Below are positions 1 to 56,550 of a DNA stretch of 64,000 nucleotides, piece by piece. The stretch lies in the NCBI RefSeq assembly GCF_009914755.1, contig NC_060929.1, one strand, 5' to 3'. Source of the stretch: the human T2T-CHM13v2.0 reference genome, Homo sapiens. The position numbers and the translations under genes were made by a program. Below the pieces are notes generated by a model. It did not search any database. It worked only from the letters and a program-made list of their open reading frames with translations, and was not told the DNA's origin. Numbering within the stretch: position 1 is the first letter of the stretch; every line of letters begins with the position of its first letter.

Positions 1-1198
1 AAAGAGACTCATGCAAAGTTTTGAAAACACCTTGAGAGAAGTGAACAAACATCACTATGATGGACCAAAAAACATGCAATGATGCAGAGCACTATAATTT
101 CAAGCTGGTTGTTGAAAACTGCATGATCTGTGCTAGTGGTAGAAAAGGTGAAGATGCGGGGAGGCTTCCAAGATGGCCAAATAGGAACAGCTCCAGGCTG
201 CAGCTCCCAGCGAGATCAATGAGGAAGACAAGTGATTTCTGCATTTCCAACTCAGGTACCTTGTTCATCTCATTGGGACTGGTTGGACAGGGTGGGCAGC
301 CCAGGAAGGGTCAGACGAAGCAGGGCAGGGTATCGCCTCACTGGGGAAGTGCAAGGGGTCAGGGGATTTCCCTTTCCTAGCCAAAGGAAGCCATGACAGT
401 CTGTACCTGGAGGAATGGTACACTCCTGCCCAAATACTGCACTTTTCCCATGGCCTTCGCAACCAGTAGACCAGAAAATTCCCTCCCATACCTGGCTCGG
501 TGGGTCCCACACCCACGGAGCCTTGCTCACTGCTAGAGCAGCAGTCTGAGATCAATCTTCAATGCTACAGCTTGGCAGGGTGAGGGATGTCTGCCATTGC
601 TGAGGCTGGAGTAGGTGGTTTTGTGCTCACAGTGTAAACAAAGAGGCCAGGAAACTCGAACTGGGTGGAGCCCACTGTAGCTCAGCAAGGCCTACTACCT
701 CTCTAGATTCCACTTCTGTGGGCAGGGCATATCAGAACAAAAGGCAGCAGACAGCTTCAGCAGACCTAAATGTCCCTGTCTGACAGCTCTAAAGAGAGCA
801 GTAGTTCTCTCAGCATGACGTTCGAGCTCTGAGAACGGACAGACTGCTTCCTCAAGTGGGTCCCTGACACCCATGTAGCCTGACTGGGAGACACTTCCCA
901 GTAGGGGCTGACAAACACCTCATACAGGCAGGGGGCCCCTCTAGGATGAAGCTTCCAGAGGAAGGATCAGGCAGCAATATTTGCTGTTCTGCAGCCTCCA
1001 CTAGTGATACCCAGGCAAACAGGGTCTGGAGTGGACCTCCAGCAAACTCCAACAGACCTGCAGCTGAGGGCCCAACAGTTAGAACGAAAACTAACAAACA
1101 GAAGAAATAGCATCAACATCAACAAAAAGCACATCCATACCAAAACCCCATCTGTAGGCCACCAACATCAAAGGCCAAAGGTAAATAAAACCACAAAG

Positions 1199-2184
1199 AT
1201 GGGGAGAAACCAGAGAGCCTCTTCTCCTCCAAAGGATCGCAGTTCCTCACCAGCAACAGAGTAAAACTGGACAGAGAGTGAGTTTGACAAGTTGACAGAA
1301 GTAGGCATGAGAAGGTCAGTAATAGCAAACTTCTCTGGGCTAAAGAAGCATGTTCTAACCCATTGCAAGGAAGCTAAAAACCTTGAAAAAAGATTAGACG
1401 AATGGCTAACTAGAATAAATAGTGTAGAGAAGATCTTAAATGACCTGAAGGAGCTGAAAACCATACCACGAGAACTTCGTGACACGTGCACAAGCTTCAA
1501 TAGCCAATTCCATCAAGTGGAAGAAAGGATGTCAGTGATTGAAGATCAAATTAATGAAATCAAGCAAGAAGACAAGATTAGAGAAAAAAGAGTGAAAAGA
1601 AATGAATAAAGCCTCCAAGAAATATGGGACTATGTGAAAAGACCATTTTGATTTGTGTTCCTGAAAGTGATGGGGAGAATGGATCCAAGTTAGGAAACCT
1701 TCAGGATATTATCCAGGAGAATTTCTCCAACCTAGCAAGGTAGGCCAACATTCAAATTCAGGAAATACAGAAAACACCACAAAGATACTCCTTGAGAAGA
1801 GCAAACCCAAGATACATAATTGTCAGATTCACCAAGGTTGAAATGAAGGGAAAAATGTTAAGGGCAGCCAGATAGAAAGGTCAGGTTACCCACAAAGGGA
1901 AGCCCATCAGACTAACAGCAGATCTCTCAGCAGAAAGTCTACAAGCCAGAAGAGAGTGGGGGCCAATATTCAACATTCTTAAAGAAAAGAATTTTCAACC
2001 CAGAATTTCATATCCAGCCAAACTAAGCTTCACAAGTGAAGGAGAAATAAAATCCTTTACAGAAAAGCAAATACTGAGAAATTTCATCATCACCAGGCCT
2101 GTCTTACAAGAGCTCCTGAAGGAAGTACTAAACATGGAAAGGAACAACTGGTACCAGCCACTGCAAAACCATGCCAAATTGTAA
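1199..2184 (+). pseudogene. L1 ORF1p remnant (disrupted)
   Basis: ATGGGGAGAAACCAG start; 1292..1609 translates as the ORF1p coiled coil (EAKNLEKRLDEWLTRI); premature TAA at 1607-1609. Confidence 0.9.
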
Positions 2185-2247
2185 AGACCATCAATGCTAG
2201 GAAGAAACTGCATCAACTAACGAGCAAAATAACCAGCTAGCATCATA

Positions 2248-5005
<2,758 letters not shown>

Positions 5006-5560
5006 AGAAGTCAACATAAATGGAAGAGCAACCATTCACATAAAAATAAACAAAATTGTCAATGTTTTAAGAATTTTTCAGTAGGTGTAGTTAATTACAA
5101 TTTGACTTTTTTAAGTCTGCACTAAAATTACTCACCAAAACCAATAGCAGGGTCCTCACTGCTGTTACTGAAAATGATTAACCTTTGATACACTTGTAAT
5201 ATCTGAGAAAAAGAAATGCAGGGGTCTCAGCAGGGCTCCCTTCTAAGGTCACTTGATTTCTAAAGAAGTAACCACTAGGTTTGAAGTCATCAGGATGTTA
5301 ACTATGGGGATGGTTGGTTCAGTACCCAACATCCTGACAGCACATCTGACCATGTATATTGTATCGGAGACCACATCCTCAGCTCAGAAAAAGAGCTGAA
5401 CTCATTTCAAATAGAAAGCACACTGCATACTGTTCCTCCAGGGACTGAGGTTGACTCTTCTTAGAGTGAGACATTCCCCAACATTGGAACAAAAATGACT
5501 CCCACTTCTTTTCTCACCTAAACCTGTTCAGAAGAAAGTAAGGAAGAAAGGCAGGAAGCA

Positions 5561-5587
5561 GGGGTCGGGGGGGGCGGGGAGGGAGGG
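5561..5587 (+). repeat. G-rich tract, potential G-quadruplex
   Basis: GGGGTCGGGGGGGGCGGGGAGGGAGGG. Confidence 0.7.
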
Positions 5588-6187
5588 AAACTCGGAGATA
5601 CTTTCAGTATCTAAAGTTGTGAAACTAGACAATCAGGAACGCACAATCAGAGGGCTGAAAAGGGCCAAGAGCCCCTACCCTCCTCCAGCCCATGTTCCCA
5701 CACCTGCCACAGACCAGGCAGGAGCACAATAAACACTCACCACAAAGTGGGGAAGGAAAATCCAGGCAGGAGCCTCTATGTAAATAAATCTCCCTCCTGT
5801 CCTCAGCTTGCACTTGGCCTACTAATTCTTATATAATCCAAGGAGACAGCTAGAAAGAATTTTGATTGGTGACCAATTTTGAGGACTTTTATTAAAATTC
5901 TAATTTAAGTCTTCGAGAGTTTCCAGTCATGGATACTACAGATAATATTGCAGATGATGAAAGCGTCTTCAAAATCATAGCTGAGACACTTTACAGTCTT
6001 CCCTGGTGTACTCTGATGGCAACAAGGTCCCTTGCCCCTCTCCTACCCTGTAGAATTCCAGCGCCCCCCTCAGCAGTCCTAGCAAAGGAAAGCCTGCCTG
6101 CTGGCAGTGAGCCATCATCCACCATTCTCACTTATTTGGATTTGGTTTCCTAATGCTAAACTTTGAAACTTGAAAAAAAAAATGAAA

Positions 6188-6250
6188 GGAAACCACATCC
6201 TTTTTACTCTCAGTATATAGATAGAGGCAGTTAAGAACTGAAAACAGATT
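6188..6250 (+). promoter_or_regulatory. GZMA core promoter: ETS/RUNX-like GGAAACCACA and TATA-like TATATA
   Basis: GGAAACCACA at 6188-6197 and TATATA at 6214-6219, 65-95 nt upstream of the GZMA ATG; motif match only. Confidence 0.55.
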
Positions 6251-6282
6251 TTCAGGTTGATTGATGTGGGACAGCAGCCACA

Positions 6283-13509
<7,227 letters not shown>

Positions 13510-13554
13510 ATAACCGTTTCCTTTCATTTACTGTGGCTTCTTAATCTTTTCACA

Positions 13555-13560
13555 AATAAA
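13555..13560 (+). terminator. GZMA polyadenylation signal
   Basis: AATAAA 45 nt after the stop codon, followed by a GT/T-rich tract. Confidence 0.85.
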
Positions 13561-14319
13561 ATCAATTTGCATGACTGTACCTGTTTCTCTCTTGTAACCT
13601 TAGTGGGCAGATCTGCGCCAGCAAAGTGAAGCAGAGTTACATGGCAGCCTTGTAGATAATGCAAGGATTACGTGATCAATGTCACCAGAGTCATTTGTGC
13701 GTCAAGTGACATGGGAATGCTTCCTGAATTATTCATCTCTCTGTCTCCATGAAATCCAGCAAGAACAACCCTAAGATCAGGTCTAATAACAAATGCAGTA
13801 AAGGCCTCCACAATTCCACAGGAAACAGAAACAGCCAGTCTGGAACATTTGTGTTAAAAGGAAATATAGGGCATTGTTCCACATTAACACCTGCTTTTCA
13901 TGTTATACACAAGAACCTGAGTCTATGGGAGAAAAAGAAACAAGCAATGCCTTACGGTATTTTCCAAATTCTAGGGCATACAAATAAAGTGCTTGGGCAG
14001 CCAAGAAAATTATACAATAGAGAGTCAGCCTTCTTTCTCAGTGCCTTGCATTTAAGCCTTGGATTACCTAGGTGATTTCTCAGTTCTCTTTGTTCTTGAG
14101 ACGGGGTAGATCCAATCAACATGGTGGTTACAGTGGCTGCCATCCCATAGTAGGGAGTGAGTGTTGACTTGTAGCCAGAAAGTTTTCTTTGGAAAAAACC
14201 GTCATAATATTTTTTCAACATAGTGAATTTAGTAGGTAGTCATCAGCCTGCAGTCATTTCAAGATGTGATTATGTGAACAGATTCTTTCCATTTCTATAG
14301 TCCCTTTAGTAATATAAAT

Positions 14320-14435
14320 TTTATATATGTATATTATATATTATGTAATACAAATTTCAATATATACATATATTATATATGTATATACACATACACACAT
14401 ATATATACACATATACACACACATATATACATGGA
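14320..14435. repeat. (TA)/(CA) low-complexity microsatellite
   Basis: TATATATGTATATTATATA...ACACATATACACACACATATATAC. Confidence 0.85.
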
Positions 14436-14564
14436 TAATACATATTCAAACCAATAACATACAGCAACACAAAGAGACAGGCTCTTAAAATAAAGTGCAA
14501 AAAAAAAAAAAACCAACAACAAAGGAAGGAGCATAGCTCAAAGACTGGCTAAAATAATAGTAAA

Positions 14565-14737
14565 TTCGTTTTCAACCATGGTAGTTCATTAGACTCACCA
14601 AGCTCTTTAAAATTACCAATGCCCAGGTCCCACCTCTAGAGATTCTGATTTAATTGGTATTTGGTGGGACCCAGGATGTAGTATTCTTTGTATGAGCTCT
14701 CCAGTGATTCTAATATGCAGCCAGGGATAAGAACCCT
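14565..14737. mobile_element. MER5-type hAT MITE
   Basis: ATGCCCAGGTCCCACCTCTAGAGATTCTGATTTAATTGGT...CCAGTGATTCTAATATGCAGCCAGGG. Confidence 0.75.
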
Positions 14738-14929
14738 TATACTAGAAAAGGAGATCTGGTGCTACTATATAAAAGAGAGGCTCTGAGAGAGTAACTACGA
14801 TGATATTTTAAATACTTGCTACAATCCCTCATTGCTAGTTAGGATTTTAACTGCAAAAAGAGGATGGAATATTCCCTACTGTCAATATGTATTACAGATT
14901 TTGAACTCTGTTTAAAAAATGGTTGTATG

Positions 14930-15535
14930 GAACCCTTGTTAATTGCTGGTAGAAGTGTAAATTAGTACAACTTCATAGGAAAATTGGCAGTGTCTACTAA
15001 AACTCAACATATATATAAACCTATGACCTAGCAATTCCATTCCTGGGTAGATCCCAAACACACATGAGTGCTTTTATCCACCAAAGATGTGTTCTGGAAT
15101 GTACACAGCAGCTTTATTCTTGGAAGTCAAAACTAGAAATAACTCAAATATCCACACACAATAAAATGGATAAACAACGTTACACAGGCATACAATAAAA
15201 TATTACACAGCAATGAAAAAGAACAAACTTCAGTTTTATGCAACACAAATTTAATGTTGAGGAAAAGTGAGATAAAAAAGAATATGCATGATGAGATTCC
15301 ATTTATCTGAAAGTTGGCATAAGGAAAAACTAATCCATGGGGATAGCAGTCAGAAAAATGTAGAGCTGCTAACTAGGAGGGGGTACGAGGGATCCCTTTA
15401 GGGTACTAGAGATGTTCGTATCTTGATCTAGATGTTGGTTACACACTTATTTATTCATAAATTTAAAACTCATCAAGCTATAAAGACTTATGTGCTTTAC
15501 TATATGTGAATTATTATTCTGTGAAAAAATTTTAA
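14930..15535 (+). mobile_element. Old L1M 3' region
   Basis: TTGCTGGTAGAAGTGTAAATTAGTACAAC...CCTATGACCTAGCAATTCCATTCCTGGGTA... Confidence 0.75.
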
Positions 15536-17543
15536 TTACAAAATTTAAAAATAAATTGTAGCCCAGGCTTTTGTGTGCTATCTGAAAGCTTACCTTTTTC
15601 TTTATGAAAACCATATTCCAAATTTCCCAACAAAACTAATTGTAGTAACAGATATATTAATATTTTTCTTAAATGAGAGCCTCTTGTTCACATGCCAGTA
15701 TTAATTGAGAGAAGTGCTCTTTGGTCATGACATAGTGTCATGAGAGTATTAAAACAGAAGTATCCAGAACAGAATGGCAGGGGACACTGGAAATGGTCTA
15801 ATCATTTTGCTCATTTTCTTCTAAACATTTTCTTACAGGTAATACCTGGCATATTAGGAAGATCAAATTAAAACCATTAAAGAAGAGTGTGCATTGCAGA
15901 AAACTATCACATCTGTGGCTTTCAGTGGCCTAAAATTTTCTAAGGCAAGAATTACTAACATTACCAAACAGATCTAAATTTAAAAAACAGGAAAAATAAA
16001 AATATATATTGACAAATTAACACTAATTTAACAGAAGAGTCCTAAACTCCCCTGGTATATAATATTCTACTTTTGAATTCTTAAAGTTTTTGTTTTGTTG
16101 TGTTGATTTTGGGGGCATAGGGAATAGGTATGTATTAGTAAAAAAAATTCATGTCAAAGCAAAAAAAAATAATCAACCAATATTTGATATCTGGCATATG
16201 CAGAACATATGAAGGAGCACCAAAAAATATAACGCATGCTCCCTCAAGCCCTCAATTCAAACTCCTCAGGATGTTAAAACAAAACAACCAACGATTCAAA
16301 CAGTAATAAAAGATTTTTTTAAACAGCTATAATAGTATAATAATACCAAATAGATGATACAGGCTAATGCCAAGAACTCAAACCCAGGTAACATCATTTC
16401 AAAACACTTCCTGGAGAGGTTAGGACTTGTGTGGGTGTGTAAAGGAAAAGGAGAGAGAAGCAAGAATTCAGATTAGAAGAAAAGCTCCAATAAGGCAAGA
16501 AATCACAAGACTTAGCCAAAGTCTTAATATAGGAGATGAATGTGAATTAACATTCAAAAGACAGAACAGCGAACTGATCAAGTTTGAAGGAACCTTAGCA
16601 GTGATCAAATTCCTATCCTTGCAGATGTTGCAACACATCCAAGGTTACAGGGTGTATTTATGGCAGAGCCAAGGCAAAAAAAGATCTCCTAACTTCAAGT
16701 CCTGGGCTGAGGACTCCAGAGGTTGAGGTCAAAGGTGTTTGGTAATAGGTTGTCCTTGAGAGTTGATGAGCAGGGGACTGAGAGGATCAGCACAGGACTT
16801 TTAGATGTTCAACCTAGCAGTGGTGTGGAGTCAAGAGGATCAGTTCTAAGACAATTACAGCAGACTGGCTGTCAGGCACACAGGATGTGACTAGGTGAAG
16901 CAAAAGAAAAGAGAGCAAAGGGTGAACTGAGGAAGCACAGAGCAGAATAATCAGGAGGTTCCCTGAGTGGGAGACCAGGATAAGGATGAGACCATCAGGA
17001 GGGGAAAGGGATTCCTACAGAACTGATTTTTAGAGAGAGCAATATGCATGCTTAACATACTGCCTAGCATATAGTGAGATTTTAATAAGTGTTTTTCAAG
17101 TGAATGAGTTGTGTTTTCAATGTGTTGAGATTGAGCTAAAGACAGGAAAGTATCTCAAAAGGGAACTATCCTGAGGCAATCAGAAATATGAGGTTTGGAG
17201 CTGGGGAGAAAAGTCATACGGGAAAGAAGTAGAAATCTTTGCTATAGATGTTATTCTGAATAAAGTAGTGAAAATGAATCTCTAGAAAGGGGTAAGAATG
17301 GGAGGAAGAAGAGGAGGGGGAGGAAGAGGGGCAGAAAGAAGAAAGCAGAGAAGAAAAGAAGCGGATCTCTGGGAAGCAGAGCAAGTAAAGCAATCTGCAA
17401 AAGAAGAACAGGAGAACAGGCATTCACATCAAGAAGAGTATTTCAACTTGTTTGATACTCATAAAAACCCCATGGAGAAGACATAGCCAACATCATCATC
17501 TTCACTCAGAAATAAGGAAACTGAAACCTAGAGGGGCTGGGTG

Positions 17544-50186
<32,643 letters not shown>

Positions 50187-50329
50187 CTGTTTAACAACAA
50201 AAACAGCTGTAAGTCCACTGGCCTCAGTGATGCAAAAGTAAAAATTCCCTATAAGAGAATTACAAATGACTCATCTAGTACAACACCAATAAAATATATA
50301 TAATGAGATTTTTTTAATTTTTGTAACCT

Positions 50330-50925
50330 AGATATTATTTTATATATTTGTATATATTTTTGTATATATTTATACGTAAAATGTTATATTTTATAGTTAC
50401 ATATTATATAAACATAAATATGTTATGTTTTATATATTTATATATTATATAAACATAAATATGTTGTTTTATATATTTATATATTATATAAACATAAATA
50501 TGTTGTTTTATATATTTATATATTATATAAACATAAATATGTTATGTTTTATATATTTATATATTATATAAACATAAATATGTTATGTTTTATATATTTA
50601 TATATTATATAAACATAAGTATGTTGTTTTATATATTTATATATTATATAAACATAAGTATGTTATGTTTTATATATTTATATTTATATATAAAATATGT
50701 TATATTTTATATTTTTTATATTGATATTTATATACAAAAGTTATATTTTATGTTTATATTTATAAAACATGTTATTTTATATGTATTTATATATAAAAAT
50801 GTTACGTATTTTTATATATTTATGTGTAAACTGTTACATTTTTATATGTATTTATGTGTAAAATGTTATTTTTTTATGTTTATATGTGAAATATATTATT
50901 TTATATGTAAAATAGATATATATTT
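50330..50925. repeat. AT-rich minisatellite (39/41-bp unit) in a low-complexity tract
   Basis: ATATTATATAAACATAAATATGTT(AT)GTTTTATATATTTAT repeated about 6-7 times at ~50400-50680. Confidence 0.92.
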
Positions 50926-51720
50926 CTTCTATCTAAAAAACACCAAAATGCCACTACTTACTTAGAGCCTCTGCTCAAGGGTCTGTAGGTATACCAATGT
51001 AGTTTAGGGAGTAATTACATTTATAAATATTACCATTACATATCAGTGTAAAATATGACATATGATATAACACTATGTACTGAACATGCAAGATGTTTGT
51101 ATGAAATGATAAAATTTCAAATCTGGATATAAACAGCAATTTTCTAGTCCAAACCCTTCATTTCACAGATGGGGAAGCTGAGGCCTAGAGAAAGTAAGTG
51201 ATTTGCTCAACATCTGTCCATCTTCTCTAAGAAACACCAGGAGTTTGATATTTATAGAGCCTGTAGTAGTGAACCATCCCATGTAGCCATGTGAAATTAA
51301 AATGCAAGTGACAAACTGGAATTATCTTTTAATAAAATGACAGACAATTTAGATTAAAATCCTAGTCATAAAGAGCTCTTATAGAAATTGACAAGTTTAC
51401 CAACTCAACAGAAAAACTGGGCCATAGGACATTAAAAAGACAATTCATAAAAGAGATATATAAATGCCCAAAAGATATTTAATCTCACTAGCAATCAAAG
51501 AAATGCAAATTTAAAACAGCAATGAGATGTTAGCAATAATTTTTTTGTGACAATCCCTGGTGTTGAAGGTGCCAAAAACAAACACTGGCATACACTGCTG
51601 TGGAGGTTAAATTAGTATCTGGAAAGGACTTTTGGACAATGTGCGTCAAAAGCCTTCATATATGTGCATAACTTCTACTGACCCAGCAATATCACCTCTA
51701 AGAATTTAAAAAAGAAATCA

Positions 51721-52013
51721 GCCGGCCGTGGCGGCTCATGCTTGAAATCGTAGCTCTTTGTGAGGCTGAGGCAGGCAGATTGCTTGAGCCCAGGTGTTCG
51801 GGACCAGCCTGGGCAACAAGACAAAACCCTGTCTCTACAAAAAATACAAGAATGAGTTGAGCGTGGTGGTGTGTACTTGTAGTCCTAGCTACTTGATGGG
51901 GCTGAGGCAGGAGGATTGCTTGCTGCAGTGAGCCGCATTGGCGCTGCTGCACTCCAGCCTAGGCGACAAAGTGAGACCCTGTCTCAAAATAAAAACAAAA
52001 AAAGAAAAAAGAA
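51721..52013 (+). mobile_element. AluJ
   Basis: Diverged dimer; TSD AAAAGAAATC. Confidence 0.88.
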
Positions 52014-52044
52014 ATCTAAGATATGAGCCAAGATGGAGAAAACA

Positions 52045-52270
52045 TCCAGCATTTATTGAGTAGTTACTATGTATGAAACCGTATGTACAGGGTTTTACAC
52101 GTTTGTATTTAATCCTAAGAAACATCTGTGAAGCAGATCTTATTTACGCCCATTTTATCAGTGAAGAAACTGAGGCTTAGAGGTCAAGTGAATTGTCCAA
52201 GACTACACAGTAAGTGGCGATGCCACACCTGAGGCTCACCTGTCTGACCCCAGAGTCCAGGCTCTCAACT
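52045..52270 (-). mobile_element. MIR
   Basis: CATTTATTGAG...CCCATTTTATCAGTGAAGAAACTGAGGCTTAGAGGTCAAGTGAATTGTCCAAG. Confidence 0.8.
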
Positions 52271-53139
52271 GAGAACATGAGGGTGTGTACTGCATTTTAC
52301 ATGTTTGTAAGTACAAAAAGATGTGAGACAGAGACTAAGAGTTTACCAGTGGAGAACTGACTAGGCAAACTAACAGGACATCTCTAAGAGGGACTGCTCT
52401 GCTGCCATCAGAAATGACATACATTAGGGAAATGTAAACTAAGCCACACCAAAGCACCACTTCACACCCACGAGGATGGCTAGAATTTTTTTAATGGAAA
52501 CTAATAAGCATTGGTAAGGATGCGAAGAAACTGGAATCTTTGTACATTGCAAGTGTACAGAATGTGAAAGGATGCAGTCATTGTGGAAGATTAGTTTGGT
52601 GATACCTCAAAAAGATAAACCTAGAATTACCACATGACCAAGCAAGTCCACTCATAGGTATATGTACTCAAACTCAAATTCATGTGCACATATGTTCATA
52701 GTAGCACTAATCACAATAAGAAGGTGCAGACAACCCAAACACTCATCAACAGATGAATGCATAAACAAATCATGGGACGTATCTACATATGCAAGTGATC
52801 TACATATCACTCCCAAGAGGAATGAGTTGCTGATACATGTCATAATCTGCATAAGCCTTGAAAGCATTATGCTAAGTGAAAGAAGCCAGACAGGAAAGGT
52901 CACATATTGTGTGATTCCATCTATATGAAATAGTCAGCACAGGAAAATCCATAGGCGGAGAACACAGATTGGTCATTGTCAGGGATTAGGGGAGGAGGAA
53001 ATGGGGAGCAACTGCTTAATGGGTATGGAGTTTTCTTTTGAGGTGATGAAAACATTTTGGAACAAGAGAGAAGTGGTGGTTCCAGAACATTGGAAATACA
53101 CTAAAGACCACTGAATTGGTGACTTAAAAGGTTATTTTT

Positions 53140-53450
<311 letters not shown>

Positions 53451-54026
53451 GGTTTTTTTAAATATGTGCATTTCACTTCAATAAAAGAAATCTTTTTAAA
53501 AATGGTAACATAGGATAATAGTGAATAAAACATGCAAATGCTTACAATATATTGCTAGCTGTAAAACAGGGACTATAAAAGAGTATTCCAATACAGTCCT
53601 ACTTCCTAGCTCTAAATGAAAGATAGGAAGGGAATATGCTAGAATGTTGAAGCAGTAAGCATTGGTTCAGTTTGGGTTTTTTACTAAGCGTGTGTGAGGG
53701 TGCTGGCCCACCCTGCCTGCAGCCCCCAGGGGGCGAGGCCGGCTCTCTCTCCACTGCTGCTCTGTGCTCTCCCCACCAGCTGACCAAAGAGAACTTCTTT
53801 CGCAGAAGACAGGAGCCAAGAGGCTGAGGCCACAGCTGTTGTAAAGTGTTGTTGGGGGTCAGTTTTTCTGTCTTGTAGTTCTTGGTTTTTGAGTAGGAAT
53901 GGGAAGGATGAAAAGAGGCTGTACATGTCAATCAGGCATCTCAATCTCAGAAACCTTGACTAGGGGGCAGCAGGTAAGGTGATGAGTAATGCCAGCCTGG
54001 ATGAGAAGCATGGCCCACTCTGGCCT

Positions 54027-54320
54027 TCTTTTTTGTTTTGCTTTGTTATTTTGAGGCAGTCTCACTCTGTCACCTAGGCTGGAGTGCAGCGGCACAATCA
54101 TGGCTCACCGCAGTCTCGACCTCCCAGAGCTCAAGCGATCCTCCTGCCTCAAGCTCACCAGTAGCTGGGACTACAGGTGTGCACCACCACACCTGGCTAA
54201 TTTTTGTGTTTTTTGGAGAGACGGGGTTTCACCATGTTGCCCAGGCTGGTCTTTAACTCCTGGGCTCAAGCAATACTCCCACCTAAGCCCCCAAAAGTGC
54301 TAGGATTACAAGTATGAGGC
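54027..54320 (-). mobile_element. AluJ
   Basis: Reverse-oriented dimer. Confidence 0.9.
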
Positions 54321-55124
54321 CCCTCACAGGGCCACTCGAACTTTCATTTCCCCACTTTTTTATTTCTCTCCGCTAAGAAAAAAACCGCAGTACCAGCTCA
54401 GAGGCTTTGGGGTCTCAGCCCCAGAAACTGAGGGAATCTCTCAAACTTTAATGCTTGTGTTTTAGCCACAGCAAGAACACATTGAGACACATCGTCTCAT
54501 TTCATAAAAGATATTAGAAATTTAGACTTTTCATATGAATTTTCCCACTTTTTAAAGTGTTCAACTGATTCTAATTTTTCAAAAAGACTGGAGGACTCAA
54601 CAGAGCATGTCTGTGGGCCACATTCAGTGGGCTACATTTGCAACGGCTCCACTATGTCCAGGTAGCCCTTACCCTCACAGGTACCAAGAAAGGGAGGAGA
54701 CACCGCATTGGAAGATAAACTTAGTTTGCAGAAAACATGGCAGAGGACAGAGACACTTGCTCAAAAGTTTCCTTAGAGCAAAATTCCAAAGAAATTCTAA
54801 ACTTTAAATATACATTTTTAAAATTCTGGGTTTAAAAGAGGAAATTAAAGAATAATAATTGGATGCTATGTCAGCTATGTCTGCGAAAACAACATGAGAA
54901 GTTGCACGTTAACAATATCCTACCGCCTTAGCAGGTCTGAGTTTCTGTGATTCGTCTACCGTCACTCTGTCCACCCCAAATGTTTCCCACTTAGGATGTT
55001 CATCCCCAGTTTTCTGCCAGGGTAAATCCCAGCCACCTTCACTTCTGGGTTCAGCCATCAACTCCTTCAGGAAGGTGTCTCTGACATTCCCTTCCTCCCG
55101 ATTCCAAACTAGATTAGGCAGCCA

Positions 55125-55605
55125 ATGGTAGCTAAATAATGGTCCCTAGAGAGATCCAGATCCTAACCCCTGGAACCTATAAATGTTACTTCATATGGCA
55201 AAGGGGCTATGCAGATGTAAGTTCAGGATGAAGTTAAGTTGAGGTGAGGAGACTATTGTGAATTGTCAGGATGAGCCCTAAATGCAATCACATGTATCCC
55301 TGTAAGAGGAAGGCAGAGGGAGATGTGACTGCACACAGAAAAGGAGCAGCAATGTGACCAAAGAGGCAGTGACCGGAGTGATAGGGCCACAGGCCAAGAA
55401 ATGCTGGCAGTCACCAGAAACCAGAAGAGGCAAGGAATGGATTCTCCACTAGAGCCTCTGGAGGAGGCCAGGCCCTGCTGACACCCCAGCTTCTGCCCAA
55501 TGAAACTGAGTTTGGACCTCTGGCCTCCGTAACTAGAAGAGAATATGTGTGTCTAAGCTACAAAGTTTCTGGTAATTTGTTGCAGCAGCCCTAGGGAACA
55601 AATAC
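55125..55605 (+). mobile_element. MaLR solo LTR (MLT1C/D-like)
   Basis: CCTGGAACCTATAAATGTTAC...AGAAGAGGCAAGGAATGGATTCTCCACTAGAGCCTCTGGAGG...GGTAATTTGTTGCAGCAGCCCTAGGGAAC. Confidence 0.85.
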
Positions 55606-56244
55606 TCAGCCCTGTGCTTCCACACTCACTGTGCATGCTCCAGCATGACCACCTTGTGCTAATAACATTTACCAAACACTTAATCCGTGCCAAGCCCTGG
55701 GATATATGAATCGGAGGGAGTGTTTATTTTAGTTTCATCACAACCCTCTGAAATAGGTACTAGTATTATTTCAGAATACAGAGTTGGAAGACAAATCTTA
55801 ATGGGGTTAGGTAATTTTAGCAAGGATATAGAGCTAATAGGCAGCTGTACACTACATACAGCTGTATAGATCATTGTCTCTATGAATGGCACCCTCTGGA
55901 ATATGCAGTGCACAACCCTCACAACCAACCAGAGCAACCCTGCCACAGTTTGAACTCTGACAAATCAATCTAGTCTAATCCCTATGCTAAAAAGCAGGTC
56001 TGCTCATATTCCACTTTTTTACTTTCTCTCCTGCTATATCATACACTCCTTAAGACCAGGGACTTTGTCTTTTATCTTACTATCCTCGGGACATTGGTAT
56101 CTAGAAACCCCATAATGAATAAATAGATGAATCTCTTCCCCTAGAGGCAGTTAGTACTAAAAAGGCACAAGGCATTTGAGAAAGAATCCAGAGGCAAGGA
56201 AATAAGCTGTTTTCATCCTTCTCCATTAAGGAGAACAATTCTCA

Positions 56245-56550
<306 letters not shown>

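Noticed and set aside
50585-50965. 126-aa hydrophobic ORF
   Set aside because: Artefact of the AT-rich minisatellite
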